Below are positions 1 through 10,448 of a stretch of 64,000 nucleotides of DNA, piece by piece (within the stretch, counting starts at the first letter, position 1; every line of letters begins with the position of its first letter). The notes under the pieces were generated by a model. It saw only the letters and a list, made by a program, of their open reading frames with translations. It was not told the DNA's origin and made no database searches. The position numbers and the translations under genes were made by a program. Source of the stretch: an uncultured delta proteobacterium (GTDB lineage Bacteria > Desulfobacterota > Binatia > UBA9968); contig CAVXEP010000034.1 in assembly GCA_963760795.1 (NCBI GenBank), positions 1 through 64,000 on the forward strand, read 5' to 3'.

Positions 1-189
1 CAGGACAGAATGGCAGCGGGATAACGTTGCGGCCCAGCGGCAAAAGACATCGAGACGATTCGAATGAGCTTGCGACGCCAGGATTCCTGAAGATAAAAGG
101 AGTTCATGCACATAGACAGGACTTGTTCTTGACCGCTGTTTTGTCGCCCACCGGGCTCGCTCCAGGCAAATTATTGCCAGGGGGAATCG

Positions 190-381
190 GTGATTATTTC
201 CGGCACCACCGGCGGCAGCGCCTACGACACCTGCGTGCGATTGTTCGCCAAGCACCTGGGCAAATATCTTCCGGGAAATCCCAGCATGGCGGTGCAATAC
301 AGGGCGGGCGGCGGTTCGATCATCGCGCGAACTATCACCGGTGGCTTGAACCTAGCGGCGCTTGTGGTTGAATCAAAGTGA
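190..381 (+). pseudogene. Fragment of a Bug/TctC tripartite tricarboxylate transporter substrate-binding protein
   Basis: IISGTTGGSAYDTCVRLFAKHLGKYLPGNPSMAVQYRAGGGSIIA matches the Bug N-terminal pattern (GGxYDxxxR..HLGK..PGNP....N.PG.G). The ORF stops after 63 aa versus about 330 expected. Confidence 0.6.
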
Positions 382-414
382 TCGACAGTTCGCGAAAACG
401 GGGAGGATGGCGCC

Positions 415-603
415 ATGCAAATGATTACGATATATCAGGGGGTATCGGGCAGCGGTAAAGAGTTGGCCGGCGCAGTGGCTCGCGCGTCGGGCTACGGTCA
501 CATCGCTAACCATATTGACAGTATTCCCGGAGCAAAAAATGTCCGCGCGGATCTGACCAGTCTCCCGCCCAACCTCGGATTCGACGTCCGGGTGGTAGTG
601 TAA
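415..603 (+). pseudogene. Short remnant: cytidylate-kinase-like P-loop N-terminus joined to a BON-like C-terminal segment
   Basis: MITIYQGVSGSGKELAGAVARASGY resembles the N-terminus of cytidylate kinase-like proteins; the tail IDSIPGAKNVRADL resembles a BON domain end. GGAGG lies upstream. Only 62 aa. Confidence 0.35.
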
Positions 604-641
604 ATGAGCCACTGCGAGCGCAAACTTCTCGGAGGTTTTCC

Positions 642-1502
642 ATGCTATCGAACAAAGTCAGTGAGATTATGACGACCGATCTGGTATCGGCTTCCGCCTC
701 AAGCACGGTTCATGAAGTCATCGAGCAGATGGTCGCCCGCGATGTCGGACGGATCATCATTATTCGCGACGATCTCCCGGTGGGGATTTTTACCGAACGG
801 CATGTGCTCAAACATGTCGCCAATAACAAACTCGATCCGCAGCGCACCTCGGTCGACAAGGTCATGACCTCGCCGTTTCGCGCGGTTGCTCAAGACACCC
901 GTATCGTCGATGCATTGGGCGAGATGATCAAAGGAAAAATTCGCCACCTTCAGGTGCTCGGAACGAGGGATAACATTGTCGGGATTATTTCCATGCGGCG
1001 AATTCTCGAAATCGCCGTGGAGCTCGGTCATGATCTGGGCGAAACCAAAACCATTGGCAACATCATCACACAAGCACCATTGTCGATGGAGGAATCACAA
1101 TCGGTCTGGGACGCCGTCGAGCTCATGAATCGACGAGCCGCGGGCGCCGTCGTCGTGACCTCGGCGCTGAAACCAGTCGGCCTCTTTACCGAACGCGATG
1201 TTTTGAATCGGGTTGTCGCCAAGCAGCTTGACGGGACAAAGACGCTGCTGAAACAGGTCATGACCTCACCCTTGATCGCCATGCCGGTCACGGCCCTGGT
1301 CGGACAAGTCCTCGGGGAAATGTATCGCCGGGATATTCGCAATATGCCGATCATCGGTGAAACGGATCAATTGGCCGGCTTGGTTTCGATGCCAGACGTC
1401 TTGCAGTACGCGCGCGCCTTCGATATCGACGAAGAAGTTCGGCGCACATGGAAGGAAATCCGCAATTTCTACGACTCGCAGGATAATTATACGCCGGGAT
1501 AA
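642..1502 (+). CDS. CBS-domain protein (two CBS pairs)
   Basis: Repeated CBS signatures VGIFTERH/VGLFTERD, VMTSP twice, IRHL/IRNMP. RBS GGAGG upstream. Confidence 0.9.
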   Translation: MLSNKVSEIMTTDLVSASASSTVHEVIEQMVARDVGRIIIIRDDLPVGIFTERHVLKHVANNKLDPQRTSVDKVMTSPFRAVAQDTRIVDALGEMIKGKIRHLQVLGTRDNIVGIISMRRILEIAVELGHDLGETKTIGNIITQAPLSMEESQSVWDAVELMNRRAAGAVVVTSALKPVGLFTERDVLNRVVAKQLDGTKTLLKQVMTSPLIAMPVTALVGQVLGEMYRRDIRNMPIIGETDQLAGLVSMPDVLQYARAFDIDEEVRRTWKEIRNFYDSQDNYTPG

Positions 1503-1602
1503 GCGCCAGGGACGCTCGTGTAACAGCGGGAGCGTCGTGAGACTGAATTCTTGAGATTTCATCAGCGACGCAGAGTTGTTGGGTCAGACAGCCAAGCCGC
1601 GA

Positions 1603-2595
1603 TCAATCGCGGAAATGCGGGATGACGCTTTTGGCGAAAGCGTCAACCGTTTCATTGTAGACGGTGCGCGCCGGGGTGAGCATCAAATGTTCGACACCGG
1701 CGGCCTTTAGTTCTTCGATGCGCTCGATGCATTCCTTTGGGCTTCCCGCGATGGAGAAGCGCTGAATCAGATAGTCGTTCACTAGATCTGGGTCGACGCG
1801 GTCTTCCATCGGCTTCATGACATCGAAGCCGGCCATGAACTGCTTGATGCCGTCGAGTTCTTCCGGTGGTACGGTTTCGTAGGTGAAGCGAAAATTATGG
1901 TGGGCGCGGTTGGCCAGGCGGTTGCGGACGATCTTGCGCGCTTTGTTGCCGTCTTCGTCGACGCAGAGCATGCCGGCGGCGATGACTTTGATTTCTCCCT
2001 CTTGCCGTGCCGCTTCTTCGGCGCCTTCGCGGATCTTCTGTTTCGCCCAATTATAGACGCGCAGATCGAAGCCGGTGCCGAGGATCACACCGTCGGCGCT
2101 GCGGCCGGCGAGCTGCAAGCCTTTGGGGCCTTCGGCGGAAACATAAATCGGCGCCGGCTGGTTGATCTTGAAGCCGATACCGACTTTGCCGGTGGAAAAG
2201 GTTTCGGCATTGCCGCGCACCAGATTCCGAATGGTCTTGATGCCGACTTCAAAATCTTTCATCGGCATGGCTTTCAAGCCTTGCGTGTAGACCGGGCCAT
2301 CGCCGGTGCCGAGACCCATGATGGCGCGGCCTTTGGAAATCTCATTCAGTGACGCGGCCGCGCCGGCGATCACGGTGGGGTGGCGGAACACGATATTGGT
2401 GACGGCGATGCCGAGTAGCACACGCTTGGTGAGCATGGCGCAGCTCGCCAGAGTCTGAAAAGAGTCGATGGAACTCAGATGGCTCTCGCCGAGAAAGATG
2501 CCGTCCCAGCCCAGCTCCTCGGCGCGCACGGCGCGCTTATGGATTTCGTCGATATTCTTAACGCCGCCGTGCAGGCTGTGAATGCTGAATTTCAT
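1603..2595 (-). CDS. LLM-class flavin/F420-dependent oxidoreductase
   Basis: AEELGWDGIFLGESH, LGIAVTN..RHP, SKGRAIMGLGTG, PIYVSAEGPK..LAGRSADG are Mer/luciferase-like motifs. Confidence 0.9.
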   Translation of the reverse strand: MKFSIHSLHGGVKNIDEIHKRAVRAEELGWDGIFLGESHLSSIDSFQTLASCAMLTKRVLLGIAVTNIVFRHPTVIAGAAASLNEISKGRAIMGLGTGDGPVYTQGLKAMPMKDFEVGIKTIRNLVRGNAETFSTGKVGIGFKINQPAPIYVSAEGPKGLQLAGRSADGVILGTGFDLRVYNWAKQKIREGAEEAARQEGEIKVIAAGMLCVDEDGNKARKIVRNRLANRAHHNFRFTYETVPPEELDGIKQFMAGFDVMKPMEDRVDPDLVNDYLIQRFSIAGSPKECIERIEELKAAGVEHLMLTPARTVYNETVDAFAKSVIPHFRD

Positions 2596-2692
2596 GTCGG
2601 TCGCTCCGGAGCTTTAACCGCAAACTGCCCAGCATGGCGGAGCCGCAAAAGGGCGTAAAAAAGCGCAGCTTGCTTTGCTGGGTTCGCATCAT

Positions 2693-3508
2693 TCATTGGG
2701 AGAATTGCACCAGAGCGCATCCCGTTGCCCAGGGTGCAACCGGCTCGTAGGCGATCAATTCGGCTTTCCAGCTTTGCACCGCGCCGGCCAGGGCGATCCA
2801 GGTTCTGATTTCGTGGCCGCCGGAGCCGGCTTCGCTGTTGATCTCTTCGTGGCTGTAGGCGGTCAATTGATGGTGATCGCCGGTGATTAAATTATCCAGG
2901 AACTTTTTGTCGAAAGGTATATTGATCCGGCCATGCTGCGCTTCGCCGGGCCAGTGGGATAGGCCGCCGGTGGCGATCAGCGCGATTCTTTTTTCACTTT
3001 GCTGCAGAACCTTGCCGAGGAATTCGCCGAAGGCGAAGCAGCGTTTTGCCGTTGGCATCGGTGGTGTCAGGGCGTTGATGATCACCGGCACCACCGGCAG
3101 CGCCATGTGGGGATTCAAAAAATGCAGCGGCAAAAACGTCGCATGGTCGAACAGGAGTTCGTCGGAAAACAGCGGATCGAAGCCGCTGTCGAGGCAGGCG
3201 TCGATCAATTCCGCCGAGAGTTTGGCATCGCCGGGGACGCGGGCTTTGGGGATGCGCAGCCACTCTTCAATCGGCCCGTCGTAGTGGTCGGCGCGACCGA
3301 TGCAGAAGGTCGGCATGCTGTTGAGAAAAAAATTAGCCCAATGCTCGACCGTGAGCGCGACGATAGCGTCCGGCTTCGAAGACGCCAGCCGTTCGCCCAG
3401 CCGGCGGTAGCTGCCGAGAAAGTTTTCCGACTGTTCCTTGGGCGCGGCTTCGGTCCAGGCGGTCATGCCTGGGGCGTGGCTGGCGGCGCAGGCAAATACG
3501 ATAGGCAT
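2693..3508 (-). CDS. Class III extradiol ring-cleavage dioxygenase, LigB-like subunit
   Basis: SHAP, EH, FDH, TGGLSHWPG, FD and HEIRTW motifs of the LigB family. Confidence 0.9.
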   Translation of the reverse strand: MPIVFACAASHAPGMTAWTEAAPKEQSENFLGSYRRLGERLASSKPDAIVALTVEHWANFFLNSMPTFCIGRADHYDGPIEEWLRIPKARVPGDAKLSAELIDACLDSGFDPLFSDELLFDHATFLPLHFLNPHMALPVVPVIINALTPPMPTAKRCFAFGEFLGKVLQQSEKRIALIATGGLSHWPGEAQHGRINIPFDKKFLDNLITGDHHQLTAYSHEEINSEAGSGGHEIRTWIALAGAVQSWKAELIAYEPVAPWATGCALVQFSQ

Positions 3509-3511
3509 GGC

Positions 3512-3766
3512 TCAGACCAATCCTTTCAACGCTTTGGCATAGTCTTCATTGGAGACTTTGTTGAGCAGAGTAAACGGCCGCAGCAGTAGCGAGTGGACGC
3601 CCATGGTGTAAAGGGCACGCACGTCGACGTTGAGTATCGCCGCGCGCTCCAATTCGCTCAGATCGTACTTCTTGACGAAGGCGCCGGCGTCTTGGCGATA
3701 ATGCTCGCGCCGCTCGGCATCGCGATTGACATGATAGATCAGCTTTTGCAGTTGGTAGAGGCTCAT
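3512..3766 (-). CDS. Aromatic ring-opening dioxygenase LigA-like small subunit (84 aa)
   Basis: MSLYQLQKLIYHVNRD...YDLSELERAAILNVDVRALYTMGVHSLLL, directly upstream of ligB. Appears fused to the hydrolase in the ORF track only because of the hydrolase frameshift. Confidence 0.8.
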   Translation of the reverse strand: MSLYQLQKLIYHVNRDAERREHYRQDAGAFVKKYDLSELERAAILNVDVRALYTMGVHSLLLRPFTLLNKVSNEDYAKALKGLV

Positions 3767-3771
3767 AGGGT

Positions 3772-4864
3772 TCAATCCAGTTTCAGGTGCAGCCAGTCGA
3801 CGACGGTTTTCAAGATATTGGGAATCGCGCCCATGTGGCCGCCGGGGAAGAGACGAATGGTCTTCGGGCTGCCGTGTTCGAGCAATAAATAAAAATCTTC
3901 CAGCGGCACCTGCTTGTCTTCCTTGCCGTTGACGATCAGCAGCGGCGCGCAGGGTTGGTCGAGCAGGCCGGGATCTTTGAGCGACAACGCCGGCATCACC
4001 GCGCACAGCTCGTCGAAAGTTTTTTTGCCGAACAAGATTGGCGCGGGCTTCGATCAGATCGAACAGATAGGAGTCGGCATGGCGCGAGCGTTCCTGCCAC
4101 TCGGGTTGAAAGAAATAATGAATGCCGCCGCCCCAGTTGACCGCGGCGCGCAGTTTGTCCGGCGCCAGATGGGCGAGCTTGGTCGACCAGTGGCCGCCGA
4201 AGCTGGCGCCGACGGCGGCGATCTTGTCGGCGTCGACTTCGGGCCGTTTGAGCAGATACTCGAGCACGGCCAAGTGTACTTGATGGGCGTCCGGTCCGGC
4301 GAGCATGGGACATTCGCCGGTGCCGGGGCTATCGATGATGAAACAGCCCCAGCCTTGCTTGACGAAATTCTCGCCGAAGGAGTGGCGCTCTTCTTTCCAG
4401 TTGTCGATGCCGCCCCAGTGCATGATCATCGGCGCCGGCAGTTGTTTCGGCAGGCGCAGATGGCCGACGATGGCTTTGCCCTGGAAGGGGATCGCCACTT
4501 TTTCCACCGGGATGTCGAAATATTTCGACGCGGCGAGAAACATCTCGCGGGTCTTCAAATAGCCGTGGTGCTTCCCCGGCGTGCTCGGAAAGGGATGGCG
4601 CGCGATGCCGTAGTAGCCGTAGGATTTCAAATAGGCCGACTTGGCTTCGGCAGCGTTGCCGGCTTTCTCGGCGGCCATGGCTTGTTCTTGCCATTTTGCC
4701 CCAAGCTCGTTCCACGCCGCCGCCCAGGTCTCGCCTTCGAAGTCGGTCATCCTGGCCAGCGCTTGTTCCGACTCGGCTTTATCGGCGTGGAGAAACGGCG
4801 CCCGGTGGCCGACCCGATCGCGGATATCGTTTTTTACTTCTTCAATGGTTCTCGGTGCGCTCAT
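3772..4864 (-). CDS. Alpha/beta hydrolase, FrsA / 2,6-dihydroxypseudooxynicotine hydrolase-like (one frameshift near 4030)
   Basis: GGIDNWKE, DSPGTGE, nucleophile motif GASFGG. The C-terminal NGKEDKQVP...GGHMG lies in the alternate frame (ORF 3772..4035). Confidence 0.8.
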
Positions 4865-5099
4865 AAAACATCCTTTGACTCTATCTAATGCGCAAACCGG
4901 TTCAGGTCAATCGCCTTGGTCGATCCGGCGCTGCGCAGTCTCCTATCTCGAGCCATAACTTTGTATGAGCATCTCCCGGTAAAATCGTCCGTCTTGCTGT
5001 TGACCTTTCCAATTCTCCATGTCATCCAAATGTTCAGTTGGTCTTTTACTGGGTTTTTCATTTCGATATAGTTTCCGCAGAGATCGCGGGGTCCATTCC

Positions 5100-5960
5100 A
5101 TGGCGACTATCATCGACGGCAAAGCCGTCGCCAAAGAAGTTCAGAAACAAATCAAAGAAGAGGTCGACGGCTTGGAGCGGCGCTGGAATTTGGCGCCGGG
5201 ATTGGCGGTGGTGCTGGTGGGCGACGATCCGGCGTCGCATATTTATGTGCGCAATAAGGAAAAGGCTTGCAAGGAAGTCGGCATTAAATCCTTCGAGCAT
5301 TTTCTCCCGGCGACGATTTCCGAGAAAGAACTGCTGGCGTTGGTGTATCAGCTGAACAAAGACAAACATGTCCATGGCATTCTGGTACAATTGCCGCTGC
5401 CGCCGCATATTCATTCGGAGAAGATTCTCAATGCGGTTTCGCCCTACAAAGATGTCGACGGCTTCCATCCGGTCAATCAAGGTAATTTGCTCGTCGGCGC
5501 GGACGGCTACCGGCCTTGCACGCCGCTCGGCGTGATGAAGCTTCTCGAATCGGTGCACTGCGATCCCAAAGGAAAAAACGCCGTGGTCGTCGGCCGCAGC
5601 AATATCGTCGGCAAGCCGGTGGCGCTCATGCTGCTCGAGAAACACGCCACGGTGACGATCTGTCATTCGCGCACCGCTAGCCTGCGCGACGAAGTCGCCC
5701 GCGGCGACATCGTCGTGGTCGCCATCGGCAAGGCCGGCATCGTGCGCGGCGATTGGATCAAGCCCGGCGCGGTGGTGATCGATGTCGGCATCAACCGCTT
5801 GCCGAGCGGCAAGCTGTGCGGCGATGTCGAGTTCGATGCCGCCAAGGAACGCGCCTCGGCGATTACGCCGGTGCCCGGCGGCGTCGGGCCGATGACGATT
5901 TGCATGTTGCTCTACAATACTTTGAAGGCCGCGAAAGACTCGCTCCAGCGTGAACGCTAA
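5100..5960 (+). CDS. folD: Methylenetetrahydrofolate dehydrogenase/cyclohydrolase
   Basis: [51 protein letters not shown]. Confidence 0.97.
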   Translation: MATIIDGKAVAKEVQKQIKEEVDGLERRWNLAPGLAVVLVGDDPASHIYVRNKEKACKEVGIKSFEHFLPATISEKELLALVYQLNKDKHVHGILVQLPLPPHIHSEKILNAVSPYKDVDGFHPVNQGNLLVGADGYRPCTPLGVMKLLESVHCDPKGKNAVVVGRSNIVGKPVALMLLEKHATVTICHSRTASLRDEVARGDIVVVAIGKAGIVRGDWIKPGAVVIDVGINRLPSGKLCGDVEFDAAKERASAITPVPGGVGPMTICMLLYNTLKAAKDSLQRER

Positions 5961-5987
5961 ACGGATGAATTCGATGTCCCGGCGGCG

Positions 5988-7081
5988 GTGGTCGTGGCGT
6001 TAAAAAGAACGCCGCTCTACGCCGCGCACCGTCGTGCCGGCGCGAAGATGGTCGAGTTCGCCGGCTGGGAAATGCCGGTGCATTACCGCGGTGTCATCGA
6101 AGAGCATCTGGCGGTGCGCGGCAAAGCCGGCCTGTTCGACGTCAGCCATATGGGCGAGATCGAAGTGCGCGGCGCCGGCGCGCTGGAGTTTTGCCAGCGG
6201 CTGACCGCCAACGATGTGGCGCGCATGAAGCCGTTTCAGGCGCAGTACAGTTTCTTGCTCAACGAGCGGGCGGCGTCGTCGACGATGTGATTATTTATCG
6301 GGTCAAGGCCCGAGCCTTTTTCATCTGCGTCAACGCTTCGAACATCGACAAGGATTTCGCCTGGCTGTCGAGCCAAGCCGGCGCCGATGTCGAGGTGGAA
6401 AATCAAAGCGCCATGTACGCCCAGTTGGCGCTGCAGGGGCCGGCGGCGGAGGAGATTCTCCAACCGCTGCTGGCTCAGCCGTTGGCGGCGATCAAGTCAT
6501 TTCAGTTTGTGTTCGCCGATGTCGCGTCGATTCGCTGCATGGTGGCGCGCACCGGTTATACCGGAGAGGTCGGATTTGAGCTTTATTGCCACAGCGACGC
6601 CGCGCTGGAATTGTGGGATGCGCTTAATCGACCGCCGGTGAGTCGCACGGATTGGTTGCCGTGGGGTTGGGTGCGCGCGATACGTTGCGGTTGGAAAAGG
6701 CCTATCCGCTTTACGGCCATGAGTTGGATGACACCACGACGCCGTTGGAAGCGGGCTTGGAGTGGGTGTTAAAGTTTTCCAAACCGGCGTTTTCTGGCCG
6801 CGATCGGTTGCTCAAACAAAGACAGCAGGGCGTGAAGCGCAAGTTGGTCGGGATGGAAGTGCTGGAGCCCGGCATTCCGCGCGGCGGTTATAGCGTGTTC
6901 AAAGACGGCGTCAAGATCGGCGCGATCACCAGCGGGACGAAGTCGCCATCGCTCGGCAAGGCGATTGCGTTGGCCTATGTCGCCAGCGCCGAGGCATCGG
7001 ATCGATAATCGCCTCGATGTCGAAATTCGCGGCCGGCAGATTCCGGTAAAAATAGTTTCATTGCCATTTTATCGCCGTTAG
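5988..7081 (+). CDS. gcvT: Glycine cleavage aminomethyltransferase T (frameshifts near 6270, 6630 and 7000)
   Basis: [55 protein letters not shown] and terminal LPFYRR* spread over consecutive frames. Confidence 0.92.
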
Positions 7082-7116
7082 CGGCACAGCCATAATGATC
7101 ACGAAGGAGGTTTGCG

Positions 7117-7576
7117 ATGGAGTTTCCCGAAGGACTAAAATATTCCAAAGAACATGAATGGGTGCTGGTCGAAGGCACCAGTGCGACGATCGGTATCACC
7201 GAGTATGCCCAAGAAGAGCTGGGCGATATTGTTTACGTCGAGTTGCCCGAGGTGGGCGAGAAGATCGTCAAGGACGATCCCTTCGGCGCGGTGGAGTCGG
7301 TCAAGGCTGTGTCCGATATTTACGCGCCGGTGAGCGGCGCGGTGCTGGAGATCAACGATATCTTGCCGGATAACCCCGAGACCATCAACGACGATCCCTA
7401 CGGCGATGGCTGGATGATTCGCGTTGAGCTGTCCGATATCGACGATCTCAAGGATCTGATGGACGCCGACGAGTATGCCGAGTATGTCGAGCAGCAAAAA
7501 GAGAGACGACGACGAAGAAGACGACGACGAGAATGAGGACGATAACGAAGAAGACGACGATGACAAAGACAAGTAG
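7117..7576 (+). CDS. gcvH: Glycine cleavage H protein with acidic tail (frameshift near 7503)
   Basis: [22 protein letters not shown], lipoyl site [18 protein letters not shown]. After the frame change the tail reads [23 protein letters not shown] with TAG at 7574-7576. Confidence 0.92.
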
Positions 7577-7585
7577 CCCAGGCTG

Positions 7586-8935
7586 ATGCGCTATACTCCC
7601 CATACTGTCACCGACCAAGAGCGCATGCTGCGGGAAATCGGCTGTGCCTCGGTCGAAGATCTCTATCGGCATGTGCCGCAGTCGTTGCGCGAGCACGCGG
7701 CGATCGACCTTCCCGCCGGGTTGACCGAGCTGGAAGTGCGCCGGCGCATGGCCGCTCTGGCGGCGCGCAATGACTCGGCGGCCGACTGGAGTTTTTTTCT
7801 CGGCGGCGGCATCTACCATCATTTCATTCCCAGCGCGGTGGATGCGATCATCTCTCGTGCGGAATTTTCGACCTCGTACACGCCGTATCAGCCCGAGGTC
7901 AGCCAGGGCACGCTGCAGGCGCTGTTCGAGTACCAGACGCTGATCTGCCAACTCACCGGCATGGAAGTCTCCAACGCGGCGGTTTACGACGGCGCTTCCG
8001 CGGTCGCCGAGGCGGTGCTGATGTCGCGGCGCATTCAGCCGGCCAAAAAGCGCCGCGTGCTGATGTCGCGGGCGCTGCACCCGCAGTACCGTGCCGTGGT
8101 GGCGACCTATCTGAAAAATCTCGACGACGTTCGCCTCGAAGAGGTTCCTTTCGACGCTGGCCGCGGCACCACGGACTTTGACCAACTCAAGCGACTGCTC
8201 GATGACCAAACCATGTGCGTGCTCTTCGGCTATCCGAATTTTTTCGGCGTGATCGAAGAGCCGGCGCCGATCCGAGCGGCATGCGACAGCGTCGGCGCCC
8301 ACCTGGTCACCGTCACTAGCGAGCCCTTGTCGCTGGCGCTGTTAAAGCCGCCGGGCGAGTTCGGCGCCGATATCGCCGTCGGCGAGGGACAGAGTTTGGG
8401 CGTGCCGATGAGTCTCGGTGGGCCGGCTTTCGGATTTTTCGCCTGCCAGAAAAAATTCGTCAGAAATATCCCGGGGCGGTTGGTCGGCGAGACCGTTGAC
8501 AGCGACGGACAGCGCGGTTTTGTCTTGACCCTCGCTACCCGCGAGCAACATATCCGGCGCGAGAAGGCGACTTCGAATATTTGCACCAGCCAGACCCTAT
8601 GCGCTCTTGCCGCTACCGTGTACATGGCACTGCTGGGGAAGTCGGGATTGCGGCGCATCGCCGAGATCAACGTCGCCCGCGCCCATGACGCCTGTGCGCG
8701 GTTAGTCGCGCAGCGCGGATTTACCCCGAGATTTTCCGCGCCGTTCTTCAACGAATTCGTTCTGCAGTCGGCGAATCTGTCGCAGCTTTTCGCCGACTGC
8801 GCGGCGCAGAAAATGGTGCCGGGCATCCCGTTGGCGCAATGGTATCCCGAGCTGAAAGACAGCTTCCTCGTGTGCGTCACCGAAATGAACGAGCGAGAGG
8901 AGATCGATCGACTTGTCCGAACCAGCGCAGGATAA
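7586..8935 (+). CDS. gcvPA: Glycine dehydrogenase subunit 1
   Basis: FLGGGIY, SYTPYQPEVSQGTLQALFEYQ, TLATREQHIRREKATSNICT. Confidence 0.96.
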   Translation: MRYTPHTVTDQERMLREIGCASVEDLYRHVPQSLREHAAIDLPAGLTELEVRRRMAALAARNDSAADWSFFLGGGIYHHFIPSAVDAIISRAEFSTSYTPYQPEVSQGTLQALFEYQTLICQLTGMEVSNAAVYDGASAVAEAVLMSRRIQPAKKRRVLMSRALHPQYRAVVATYLKNLDDVRLEEVPFDAGRGTTDFDQLKRLLDDQTMCVLFGYPNFFGVIEEPAPIRAACDSVGAHLVTVTSEPLSLALLKPPGEFGADIAVGEGQSLGVPMSLGGPAFGFFACQKKFVRNIPGRLVGETVDSDGQRGFVLTLATREQHIRREKATSNICTSQTLCALAATVYMALLGKSGLRRIAEINVARAHDACARLVAQRGFTPRFSAPFFNEFVLQSANLSQLFADCAAQKMVPGIPLAQWYPELKDSFLVCVTEMNEREEIDRLVRTSAG

Positions 8936-10419
8936 GAAGCGTTCCCAGTTGGCGCCGCCCAAGCTGCTCTTCGAGAGCGGCTCGCCTGGGCGCAGCGCCA
9001 TCGAGTGGGCCGGAGAGGGCGGTAAGGTCGAAGAGTCGATTCCGTCACATTTGCTGCGCCGGGACATCGACGGCTTCCCAGAGCTGGGTGAGCTTGAAGT
9101 GCTGCGTCATTTCACCGGGCTGTCGCAACGCAACTTCTCCATCGAGAGCCAGTTCTACCCGTTGGGCTCTTGCACGATGAAGTACAATCCCAAGATCAAC
9201 GAAGTCGTGGCGCGTCTGCCCGGCTTCGCGCAGCTCCATCCAATGGCGTCGCCCGAACATTTGCAGGGCGCGTTGGCGCTGCTCTTCGAGCTCGAGCAGA
9301 TGCTCGCCGAAGTGAGCGGCATGGAGCATGTGAGCTTGCAGCCTTCCGCGGGCGCGCAGGGCGAGCTCACCGGTTTGATGCTGATTCGCGCCTGCCTGAG
9401 CGAACGCGGCGATCCGCGCAAGAATATCATCGTTCCCGACACCGCCCATGGCACCAACCCGGCGAGCTCAACTTTATGCGGCTACGACGTGATCCAGATT
9501 TCTTCCAACGACAAAGGCGTTATCGACGCCGCCGCGGTGGAGAAAGTCATGGATCGAGACGTCGCGGCGATCATGATCACCAATCCCAATACCCTCGGCC
9601 TGTTCGAGAGCAATATCGAAGCGATCGCCCAAATAGTCCACGCCAAAGGCGGTATGGTTTACTTGGACGGCGCGAACTTAAACGCGCTTATGGGCGTGGC
9701 CAAGCCGGGCCATATGGGCGTCGACGTTTTGCACATGAATCTGCACAAGACCTTCTCCACGCCCCACGGCGGCGGCGGTCCTGGGGCGGGGCCGGTGGGG
9801 GTCAAAGCGCAATTGCGCGACTATCTGCCGGTGCCGCGGATCGTCCAGGCCGGCGACAAATTTGTATTGGACGAGAATCGAGCCCAAGTCGGTGGGCCGG
9901 GTGCGCTCGTTTCTCGGCAACTTCGGCGTGCTCTTGCGCGCTTACACCTATATTCTTTCACTCGGCGGCGACGGCCTTGCAGAGGCGAGCCGCATGGCGT
10001 TGCTCAATGCCAACTACATCCGCAAGAAACTCGAAAAGAGCTACCAACTGGCTTACAACGAGCCGTGCATGCACGAGTGCATTCTGACCGATCGTATACA
10101 GCACAAAAATGGCGTGAGCACTCTCGATATCGCCAAGCGGCTGCTCGACTACGGCTATCATCCGCCGACGATTTATTTCCCGCTGGTGGTTTCCGGCGCC
10201 TTGATGATCGAGCCGACCGAAACCGAATCGCCGGAAACCTTGGATGGATTTTGCGACGCGATGCTGGCCATCGCCCAGGAAGCCAAGGACGATCCCGAGC
10301 TGGTCAAGAGCGCGCCCCATTCCACTCCCGTGCGCCGGCTCGACGAGGCGCGCGCGGCGCGAAAGCCGGTGCTGCGCTGGGAGAGCAGTCGGGCGAAGAG
10401 CAGGTCGACAGACCCATAG
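8913..10419 (+). CDS. gcvPB: Glycine dehydrogenase subunit 2 (frameshift near 9885)
   Basis: [23 protein letters not shown] lysine in [17 protein letters not shown]-terminal [28 protein letters not shown] in ORF 9862..10419. Confidence 0.95.
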
Positions 10420-10448
10420 TCTAGCGAAGATCGAGCCTTGGCTTGGGC

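Noticed and set aside
3512-4864. 450-aa hydrolase-LigA fusion in the ORF track
   Set aside because: Artifact of the frameshift near 4030; the hydrolase has its own C-terminus and stop at 3772 and LigA its own ATG at 3766.
7500-7536. Poly-Arg tail on GcvH and antisense poly-Ser ORF 7135..7572
   Set aside because: Alternate-frame readings of a GAC/GAA-rich acidic tail.
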